This document shows, piece by piece, positions 31,845 through 39,552 of a stretch of 45,167 bases of DNA (the stretch's first letter is position 1; every line of letters begins with the position of its first letter). A program made the position numbers and the translations under genes. Source of the DNA: Candidatus Cloacimonadota bacterium. Its GTDB lineage: Bacteria > Cloacimonadota > Cloacimonadia > JGIOTU-2. The notes under the pieces were generated by a model that was given only the letters and a program-made list of their open reading frames with translations, was not told the DNA's origin and ran no database searches. The stretch is taken from assembly GCA_049903315.1 (NCBI GenBank), contig JBNGBT010000013.1, positions 1 to 45,167 on the forward strand, in the 5' to 3' direction.

Positions 31845-32912
31845 TCACTCGATTACCTTCTCAATAATCCCGCCCCCAAGTACATATTCTCCCTCATAAA
31901 ATACGACAGATTGCCCGGGCGTAATACTCATCTGCGGCTTATCAAAAACCACCTTTATACCTTTTTCTTCCGGGTATATTGTGCAGTCTTTTTCGGTTGT
32001 ATTGAAACGCACCTTTGCTTTTGCTTTTATCGGTTGATTCACTTCTTCATATTTAATCCAATTACATTCACGCGCGAGCAATCCTTTATGAAATAATTTT
32101 TCTTTCCCTCCAACAACGATCTCATTTGTGTGCGGTCTTATCTCAAGCACATACAGCGGATTGGGAGCTGAGATGCCAAGTCCTCTGCGCTGTCCGATCG
32201 TGTAGAAAGGAAATCCTTTATGCATTCCAAGCACATTACCATCCACATCAACAATATCTCCCGGTTGAATATCTCCGGAAATTCTCTTTTTGAGAAATGT
32301 CTTGTAATCATCATTCGGCACGAAGCAAATTTCCTGGCTTTCCGGTTTGTCCTCGACATTCAGTTCATACTGCGCAACTTTCTTTCTTATCTTTTCTTTT
32401 GATTCATCTGCAAGCGGGAATATTGTGTGCCCGAGCTGGTATTGGTTCAATCGCCAGAGAAAGTATGACTGATCCTTTGTATGATCCCTGCCGCGCTTGA
32501 GTAAAACTCGCTTTGTATCTTTATCAATTTCGATGGATGCATAATGACCTGTTGCAACATGGGTTGCTCCACGTGCAAGAGCTTCATCAAGCAGCAGTCC
32601 AAACTTTATTTCCTTGTTACACAGCACGCAGGGATTTGGTGTTCGACCTGCCATGTATTCATCGCAGAAATTTTGTATTATTGTTGATTCAAAGAATTTT
32701 TCTGCGCGGACAAGCACGTGCGGTATGCCGATTTTTTTGCAGATTGCTTTAACTTCCCAAAATTGATCAGCGTTATCCGGTTCGTCGGCAGGATGCTGAC
32801 GGCAGAACATTTGAAGTGTGATACCGAAAATATCATACCCTTGCTCTATCAGCTTGAGTGCTGCATAAGTGCTGTCCAAGCCACCGCTCATTGCCACTGC
32901 GATCTTTTCCAT
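31845..32912 (-). CDS. mnmA: tRNA-specific 2-thiouridylase
   Basis: AMSGGLDS, TPNPCVLCN, ATGHYA, KDQSYFL, ESQEICF, TIGQRRGL, TPGQ. Confidence 0.97.
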   Translation of the reverse strand: MEKIAVAMSGGLDSTYAALKLIEQGYDIFGITLQMFCRQHPADEPDNADQFWEVKAICKKIGIPHVLVRAEKFFESTIIQNFCDEYMAGRTPNPCVLCNKEIKFGLLLDEALARGATHVATGHYASIEIDKDTKRVLLKRGRDHTKDQSYFLWRLNQYQLGHTIFPLADESKEKIRKKVAQYELNVEDKPESQEICFVPNDDYKTFLKKRISGDIQPGDIVDVDGNVLGMHKGFPFYTIGQRRGLGISAPNPLYVLEIRPHTNEIVVGGKEKLFHKGLLARECNWIKYEEVNQPIKAKAKVRFNTTEKDCTIYPEEKGIKVVFDKPQMSITPGQSVVFYEGEYVLGGGIIEKVIE

Positions 32913-32970
32913 GATGTGAAAGAAAATGTTGGAAAATTTACGTCAAGTTTGGGAATATTTAGACTCGAGT

Positions 32971-32994
32971 GTGCCACGGACTGGTCCATGGCAC
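32971..32994 (+). repeat. CCACGGA-N4-TCCATGG hairpin repeat, copy 1
   Basis: gtgccacgga-ctgg-tccatggcac; further copies at 36170-36193 and 36643-36666. Confidence 0.75.
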
Positions 32995-33006
32995 CTCAAC
33001 AAAAAT

Positions 33007-33030
33007 CGGTTTAACATGTTAAACCTCTAC
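33007..33030 (-). repeat. GTAG-type REP (TTTAACATGTTAAA core)
   Basis: Minus strand GTAGaggtttaacatgttaaaccg; paralog at 36564-36588. Confidence 0.75.
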
Positions 33031-35261
33031 CTCAATTTCACGACCTTCCCAATATTTTCATCATTATTATCAATTTTATAGAAATACACTCCTGAGCTAA
33101 CTTCATTGCCATTCTCGTCGTGTCCATCCCAGACTGCTTCATTAATTTTTAATTTCAAATTTTGAATTTTTAATTCTCTGACGAGTTGTCCTCTTATATT
33201 ATAAATTTTAAGTTGCGAAAATCCATGCAAATTCAATTTCTCTGAAAATGAAATTGTTGTCATTGCCGAGAAGGGATTGGGGTAGCTGGAGAAAAGTTGA
33301 TCGCTTGCTTCCGGTTCGGGGTCGGTGCCATATCCCTCTATCTCATAAATAGAAAAAGCAGTACTTTGGAAGTGATAGAGATATTTTTGTCCATTACTCT
33401 CATATTCCTTACAGCACAAATTACTGCCGTAATCCTGATAACTTGCCATCGGTTCAACTAATCCAGTTGAAGTTGTATGATTAAAAATATAATTATAGGA
33501 AAAATAACCGCTTGCAAAAAGATAATCCCCGTCAATAAAAAATTCACCATTACAACAATGTGGTGTGCTGAATCTATACGTTATTTCTGTCGGTTCTCCT
33601 ATTTCATAAAACATAGTATAACCTTCCCATTCATCCCAATTACTCAGATAGAATATATTATCATAATTCTTCATTCGGAACCAATCAACTCCTCCCCCGA
33701 TATCCACTATCGTTTCAATAAGTTCAGGATTATTCTCATCCAATCCTCCATATATGCGCAGATCTGATCCTTTTGAGTTTTCTACCACAAAGTATAGATG
33801 ATCGTTATAAATAAATCCTTTTCCCGAATCATATAAGTTGTATTGAAAATTCATCGTATAAGCGTTTGGTTGGGAAATCGAATATTTATACAATTTATTA
33901 TTGTCCCGTCTTATATAGTATATCGTATAAGGGGAATCTGTAAGAAGGATTGAACCGGACACTGAAACAGGCACCTCATTCCTCACGATTGGAGATAAAG
34001 GATCTGTTATATCAAGCACAAGAATTTTATGGTCGGTATATTCAAATATAAAAAGGAAATTATCAACTCTTTGCATAGACAAAAACATATAACCGTCTAA
34101 AAGTGTATCAGTGGGAGTAACATCGGGTAAAGATGAAACATCATAGACCATCAATCCATCGATAAAATTTACATATAAATAATCATCATATACATCCCCT
34201 CCATATTGCCCATAATGTTCGTTAATGATATAATGATCTCCAAAATATCCATCATTACAAATAACCTGGTTCATAAAATTTCCTTCTCCTGTAAAAACCG
34301 AATTACCAATGCCCGTAATATCAAGCCATGAATTAAACCAAGAAATTTCAGTAAATATTATTTCGTCGGTTATATTGGGATTGTAAATGTCTGAAATATC
34401 AATTGACTTCAGTCCGGGATAATCCGAAATAGGTGAATACAAAACAAAAACATAGTTTTCATTATTATATAAATTACGCCCAAAATATTCATCAGTATAG
34501 GAATAAATTGTCGATAAATATTGTATATTGGAAATATCAGAATAATTCCAGAAGGATACACCATCGTAACCAAGACAGGCAAGGATTGTATCGTTCATGG
34601 CTTGTATATGGTTAGTCGAAATATCCCCTGCACTAAAATTGACCTGATTGGTCTCAGTAATATTTTGAGGATCAGTCATGTCATATAGCATGAAATTTTC
34701 CCCACCACATGCCTTGAATGCCAATGAATCATTCAATTTCATAAACACGCCCGAACAGTAGTAGTTTTGAATAAACTCTAAATCCGGAATACTGTAAATG
34801 CTATAATAATAAGTATCATTAGTATTACGATTCTTTATTATAATAAAATCATTATACGTGTCGATTTGAGCATATCCACTTTCTTCATAGTTATATATAC
34901 TTTTAACAACTGTGGGTACGTTTACGTTTCCTATATCTATTTTATACAGTATTGTATATCCCTCACCATTGTATGATACAGATTGCACATAGGCATAATT
35001 ATCTTTTACTTCGATCGCGCGAGCGTCTCCATGCAGAGGTATCCTACTAATCAACTGTGCAGGAGTGTTTGACTCAATCCCATATATCTCCAATCCGTAT
35101 GTTGATACAGCGAAAAGATATTGATCCTTCACATCAAGTTGATCTTTATCAAAATATTCACCACACGTTGGATATTCGACGATCTTGTTAAGAATGATAT
35201 CCTGTGCAAAACATATACAAACGTAAAATAATAAAATTTGCAGTATGATATATTTTTTCAT
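33027..35261 (-). CDS. Secreted LVIVD-repeat beta-propeller protein with FlgD-Ig/T9SS-like C-terminal domain
   Basis: SD gagg; signal peptide; repeats such as GLKSIDISDIYNP, VLDITDPLSP; YPNPF..IYNIRGQ..WDG..GVYF..KVVKLR. Confidence 0.8.
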   Translation of the reverse strand: MKKYIILQILLFYVCICFAQDIILNKIVEYPTCGEYFDKDQLDVKDQYLFAVSTYGLEIYGIESNTPAQLISRIPLHGDARAIEVKDNYAYVQSVSYNGEGYTILYKIDIGNVNVPTVVKSIYNYEESGYAQIDTYNDFIIIKNRNTNDTYYYSIYSIPDLEFIQNYYCSGVFMKLNDSLAFKACGGENFMLYDMTDPQNITETNQVNFSAGDISTNHIQAMNDTILACLGYDGVSFWNYSDISNIQYLSTIYSYTDEYFGRNLYNNENYVFVLYSPISDYPGLKSIDISDIYNPNITDEIIFTEISWFNSWLDITGIGNSVFTGEGNFMNQVICNDGYFGDHYIINEHYGQYGGDVYDDYLYVNFIDGLMVYDVSSLPDVTPTDTLLDGYMFLSMQRVDNFLFIFEYTDHKILVLDITDPLSPIVRNEVPVSVSGSILLTDSPYTIYYIRRDNNKLYKYSISQPNAYTMNFQYNLYDSGKGFIYNDHLYFVVENSKGSDLRIYGGLDENNPELIETIVDIGGGVDWFRMKNYDNIFYLSNWDEWEGYTMFYEIGEPTEITYRFSTPHCCNGEFFIDGDYLFASGYFSYNYIFNHTTSTGLVEPMASYQDYGSNLCCKEYESNGQKYLYHFQSTAFSIYEIEGYGTDPEPEASDQLFSSYPNPFSAMTTISFSEKLNLHGFSQLKIYNIRGQLVRELKIQNLKLKINEAVWDGHDENGNEVSSGVYFYKIDNNDENIGKVVKLR

Positions 35262-35289
35262 TTTACCTCATTCTAATTCTTTATTATAT

Positions 35290-35311
35290 GGGCGGAGTGG
35301 AATCTCCGCCC
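35290..35311 (-). other. Intercistronic GC-rich hairpin
   Basis: gggcggag-N6-ctccgccc; no U-run on the minus strand. Confidence 0.55.
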
Positions 35312-35325
35312 TTTAATTCTATTTT

Positions 35326-35645
35326 TTATTCCTCCGGATCTGGATTTGTTGGCCATTCAACTGGTACTATTATATCGTATATTGCACCCATTCCAGGGAA
35401 TGTTCCATCTGCCACTACAACCCCCAACACTTTCACTTCCCAGTCTTTGAACTCCCAAGATGGCTGTTCACCCAAATACCGATCTCCAGTTTCAGTTACC
35501 TTTAAATCACCATCAACATATAATTTCCATTCTACAACATCTTGTGCCCAAACCATACTCGTAAATGGTAAGTTGGGCTTGCCAATAAATTTCCACCAAT
35601 GAATATTGTTATTAATATCGCTAGTATCGCTATTTTCTTTTTCAT
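35326..35645 (-). pseudogene. Small secreted protein split by a -1 frameshift
   Basis: ATG 35645 after gagg gives MKKKIAILAILITIFIGGNLLA-SPTYHLRVWFGHKML* (stop 35532-35534). The mature-like part AQDVVEWKLY...PDPEE is in the -1 frame. Confidence 0.6.
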
Positions 35646-35756
35646 TTTTTTTTAACCTCATTTATTTTTTTCCTTTATCCCGTTTTTCCTCCTTCCTATA
35701 AAGGTAATTCGTAAAGGAGTATTCCCGTCAAACTCACTATTCCATTTCATAATTCT

Positions 35757-35784
35757 ATTTTACCATGTTCGAATTTTTTGTCAA
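35757..35784 (-). promoter_or_regulatory. Sigma70 promoter with extended -10
   Basis: TTGACA-N16-TAAAAT with TGn immediately upstream of the -10. Confidence 0.6.
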
Positions 35785-36169
35785 TAAGAAAACCTATCTA
35801 TTTTAGGAAGCACGATAGATAGTTCTGGTCAGGTGAATTTGTTCTTACCTGCTGCTTTAGTAAAGGAAACAGTATTCCCCTTAGTTATTATTTCAATATA
35901 TGTATTAGTTATTGGTTGCATCACATACACAACAAACCGTTTTGGCATTATTTTCATTATACTGCGGATATCTGTCATTTAGGATACGACCTATTATCCT
36001 TACAGCGATCCACCATACACGGTAATTCTTTTACTCATTTTTCACCATCTGTATCATTCTCTTTATATATATATCATTAAATTGCCCAATTTGTTACGCC
36101 ACCACTCAAAAAAGTTGAATTTTTTTCTTTAACCTCGAGTCGGTTTATGTTTCCAATGCGCATATTTGT

Positions 36170-36193
36170 GTTCCACGGAATGGTCCATGGCAC
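36170..36193 (+). repeat. CCACGGA hairpin repeat, copy 2
   Basis: gttccacgga-atgg-tccatggcac. Confidence 0.7.
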
Positions 36194-36213
36194 TTAATAA
36201 TATTTAATTGTTT

Positions 36214-36465
36214 CCCGCATATCAAGAAAATGTGTTAAGAAATTTTGTGAGTAAAGCGTTCCGGCTTCGTTTATAAATAATCGCTGTGGCAAATAGAATT
36301 CATAGATGAGATGAACTACGCCGTGAAGAGTCTAAAGAATGACTGTTTGAGCCCCGATCTATCGGGCGAGTTGTTATTCTTTTAACTTTACAAACGAAAT
36401 TTTAGCATTTTCCTGATCAGCGGGTGATTCTTTTGCTTGGTTTTCTCATCACGGAGAAAATGAAG
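36214..36465. other. Long nested stem-loop element (MITE-like or structured RNA)
   Basis: 36214-36256 pairs imperfectly with 36386-36424; inner hairpins at 36261-36325 and 36334-36382; 3' hairpin at 36441-36460. Confidence 0.5.
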
Positions 36466-36563
36466 AACTTATTAATATTTTTCTCTTGTTTCTTTCACAT
36501 TTTTTATGTAATGTAACTGAAGTTATGATATGCTTGTTTATATTCATGAATAAATATTATCCT

Positions 36564-36632
36564 CGGATTTAACATGTTAAATCCCTACAACGATTGTTTT
36601 AAAATTGGTGTAGGAGCAGGTTTATCTTGCAC
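36564..36632. repeat. Back-to-back GTAG-type REPs
   Basis: cggatttaacatgttaaatccCTAC (36564-36588) and GTAGgagcaggtttatcttgcac (36610-36632). Confidence 0.7.
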
Positions 36633-36642
36633 AGATGTTTAT

Positions 36643-36666
36643 TTACCACGGAATGGTTCATGGCAA
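36643..36666 (+). repeat. CCACGGA hairpin repeat, copy 3
   Basis: ttaccacgga-atgg-ttcatggcaa. Confidence 0.65.
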
Positions 36667-36731
36667 CTCGTATTGTTTATGATTAATCATCAAATTTGAC
36701 AAATTTTCAACGCATCAGACTTTTGCTAAAC

Positions 36732-38129
36732 ATGAATTTATTTGGTCCCGACCCCCCGGAAAAACCTCAAAAAAGCAGGCAGCTTGCAGATGAGAATATT
36801 TTTTCCGTATCAGAGATCACCTCTCATATCAAAAATATTCTCGAAACTGCAATTACACCGTTGTGGGTAAAGGGAGAAATCTCAAACTACAAAAAACACT
36901 CGTCGGGACACATGTACTTCACACTGAAAGATGAGGACAGTAGTCTTCTCTGTGTCTTCTTCCGCCAGTTCAATAACTATCTTCGCTTCGAGCCGGAAAA
37001 CGGCATGGAAGTCATGTGTTACGGACAGATCAAGGTGTATGAACGGAGTGGTCAGTATCAGCTCTACGTGAACCAGATGCGTCCGCTTGGCATAGGTGAG
37101 CTTGAGATCGCATTCCGAAACTTGAAGGAAAAGCTCGAAGAAGAAGGGCTGTTCGATGAATTTCATAAAAAATCAATTCCTGAATATCCTGCACGTATCG
37201 GCATCGTGACCTCTCCGACAGGCGCTGCGATCCAGGATATGAAAAATGTGCTTTCACGGAGATTCCCTGTTGAGATACTGCTGTATCCTGCACGTGTTCA
37301 GGGAAATGGGGCAGCACAGGAAATCGCAGAGGGAATCCGTGAATTCAACAGACGCAAAAACGTGGATGTGATAATTATCGGACGCGGCGGCGGCTCCATC
37401 GAAGATCTGTGGCCCTTTAATGAAGAAATCGTTGCGCGGGAAATATATGTATCAAAAATTCCTATTATTTCTGCGGTCGGGCACGAAACCGATTTCACTA
37501 TTGCGGATTTTGTTGCAGATCTGCGTGCACCCACTCCCTCTGCTGCTGCAGAGCTTGTTGTCCCGGAAAGAACTGCGCTCTTAAGTTCTTTGTATTCCTA
37601 TTCTGACCGAATGCAGAATCTACTCAATAATAGGGTGCGTGAGCAATCAGCCCAGTGCAGAGAACTCTCCTATAGATTGGAAAGAAGACATCCTGAAAAT
37701 GTACTGATGAACTACTCCCAGCAACTCGATGACCTGCACATACGCCTGAAAGACTCTCTCGGCTATCTTATAGATATTCGTTTCGATCTCGAAGAAATGA
37801 AGATAAAATTCCTGCAATCTTTGAAAAATAGTTGTATAGACAGAAACAGCAGGCGCATGAATGATATCAGCTCGCAGATGCGATATGCAATGAGTGAAAA
37901 TTACTTAAAAGCTCATGACAAATTTATTGATCTAAGCGCAAAGCTTGAGGAGCTCAATCCGCTGAAAATATTAAAAAGCGGCTATACATTGACGAAAAAA
38001 GGAGAGCGTATCCTAAATACCATCAAAATTTTGGCAATTGATGACCGGCTGGAAACCCATTTCTATGACGGCACATGTAAAAGTATGGTAACGGAAATTC
38101 AGGAAAAACCGGAGAATGAAACTCAGTAG
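36732..38129 (+). CDS. xseA: Exodeoxyribonuclease VII large subunit
   Basis: GEISN..SGHMYFTLKD, TSPTGAA, RGGGSIEDLW, GHETD..DLRAPTPSAAAE. Confidence 0.96.
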   Translation: MNLFGPDPPEKPQKSRQLADENIFSVSEITSHIKNILETAITPLWVKGEISNYKKHSSGHMYFTLKDEDSSLLCVFFRQFNNYLRFEPENGMEVMCYGQIKVYERSGQYQLYVNQMRPLGIGELEIAFRNLKEKLEEEGLFDEFHKKSIPEYPARIGIVTSPTGAAIQDMKNVLSRRFPVEILLYPARVQGNGAAQEIAEGIREFNRRKNVDVIIIGRGGGSIEDLWPFNEEIVAREIYVSKIPIISAVGHETDFTIADFVADLRAPTPSAAAELVVPERTALLSSLYSYSDRMQNLLNNRVREQSAQCRELSYRLERRHPENVLMNYSQQLDDLHIRLKDSLGYLIDIRFDLEEMKIKFLQSLKNSCIDRNSRRMNDISSQMRYAMSENYLKAHDKFIDLSAKLEELNPLKILKSGYTLTKKGERILNTIKILAIDDRLETHFYDGTCKSMVTEIQEKPENETQ

Positions 38130-39207
38130 ATTTTTTGTATTTTTGATAGTGATCCTCATTGCGGGAAGTGCGCTTCTGCATTCAGAAACCAGAAGTCTGT
38201 GGGCAACTTCATGGGATATCAACACCCCCCAGAAAATCGTGAAAGTGGTGAAAACCGCTGCAGAGCAAAACTTTGATGCAATATTTGCCGAGATACGTTA
38301 CCGCGGAGATGCACTGTACAAACCGAATCGATTTGACCGCACTTTTCCTAACCCGGAACCTATCTCATATTTCGTTACTATTGGCGGCTTTGACCCCCTA
38401 GCATTTCTCCTTCAAACTGCCGAGAGCTTTAACATCAAAGTGTATGCCTGGATGACGACCTTTGTGATCACACCGCTTTACACGTATAAGCTGCCGAAAG
38501 ATCATATATATTTTACCCACCCAGAATGGATATGCAGAACCAGCAGCGACGAACAGATGATAAGTCATAGCGAAGGCGAGGGAGCATATCTCGATCCTGG
38601 AATCCCCGAAGTGCAGCGCTACACACAGGACATAATCCTCGATGTCGTTACCAATTATGGTATTGATGGTATTATTCTGGATTACATCCGCTACCCCGGA
38701 GATGAGTACTCCTACAATTCGCTGGCACTCGAGCATTTCATAGAAGATGTTACAGAAAAGAACTATTCAAATAATTATACTGAATGGAAGCAGAGAGTGA
38801 TCTCTGATTTTATTCGTGAAACCGGGGAAAAAATTAAATTTCTCAAGCCCGATGTGGATTTTGCGGTAACTGCTAAGCCAGATAACCATGAAGCAAAATA
38901 CCGTTTTTATCAAAACTGGGAGGAATGGCTTCAGTTCAAAGATCTCGACTATGTTCACCTGATGATGTACACAAAATCCGATGCTTCATTTAAGGATATG
39001 TTGGGAAAAAATCTCACCAAAATTACCTCTCCAAAAATTGCCATTTCACTGCGCGCCTGGGATGAGCAGAAACGCTATACATCGGAAGAGATCCAGTCAA
39101 AAATTCGCCTTGCAAAAGAATACGGATTTGATAATATTTCGATATTTCACTTTGGCGGACTGGTGGCAAACGGCTATCAGCTTGCAGACACACTGACGAT
39201 CAAATAA
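38116..39207 (+). CDS. Glycosyl hydrolase-like 10 (YddW/DigH-like) protein
   Basis: Signal peptide; R.RGDALY, FDPLA, HPEW, LDPGIPEV, DGIILDYIRYP, QNW..W. Confidence 0.82.
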   Translation: MKLSRFFVFLIVILIAGSALLHSETRSLWATSWDINTPQKIVKVVKTAAEQNFDAIFAEIRYRGDALYKPNRFDRTFPNPEPISYFVTIGGFDPLAFLLQTAESFNIKVYAWMTTFVITPLYTYKLPKDHIYFTHPEWICRTSSDEQMISHSEGEGAYLDPGIPEVQRYTQDIILDVVTNYGIDGIILDYIRYPGDEYSYNSLALEHFIEDVTEKNYSNNYTEWKQRVISDFIRETGEKIKFLKPDVDFAVTAKPDNHEAKYRFYQNWEEWLQFKDLDYVHLMMYTKSDASFKDMLGKNLTKITSPKIAISLRAWDEQKRYTSEEIQSKIRLAKEYGFDNISIFHFGGLVANGYQLADTLTIK

Positions 39208-39209
39208 TT

Positions 39210-39470
39210 ATGAGAATAGATGTATTGCTGGATAAACTCTGCATAGTCAAGCACCGTTCTATTGCAAAAAAAGCATGTGATAAGGGACTTGTCCTTCTTA
39301 ACGGCTCGGAGGTCAAACCCTCAAAAAAGACACATGTAGGTGATATCATAAAAGTCACTCTCTATGGTTTCATTCTTGAGTGTGAGATCACGGAAATTCC
39401 CAAAGGCAATATCGGGAAATCTGACGTACAGAATTATTATAAGCTTCTCGTGAAAAACCAAACTACCTGA
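39210..39470 (+). CDS. S4 RNA-binding protein (RqcP/YabO-Hsp15 family)
   Basis: MRID..L..RSIAKKACDKG.V.LNG..KPS...VGD; 86 aa with no long C-terminal tail. Confidence 0.85.
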   Translation: MRIDVLLDKLCIVKHRSIAKKACDKGLVLLNGSEVKPSKKTHVGDIIKVTLYGFILECEITEIPKGNIGKSDVQNYYKLLVKNQTT

Positions 39471-39499
39471 GAGACACCGAGTGCACCAGCCCAAAAAGT

Positions 39500-39529
39500 T
39501 TGACATAAATAACCCTATAAACTTATATT
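39500..39529 (+). promoter_or_regulatory. Sigma70-type promoter
   Basis: TTGACA-N18-TATATT upstream of ggagg and ATG 39553. Confidence 0.5.
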
Positions 39530-39552
39530 ATATAAAACAATGGAGGCCTACA

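Noticed and set aside
35790..36040. Short hydrophobic open frames in the island spacer
   Set aside because: Under 60 aa, no convincing SD or recognisable motif.
32971..36666. CRISPR array or integron attC cassettes from the recurring 24-bp hairpins
   Set aside because: Copies are 470-3200 bp apart with no regular spacers, no cas or intI gene is present, and I could not identify RYYYAAC/GTTRRRY attC ends.
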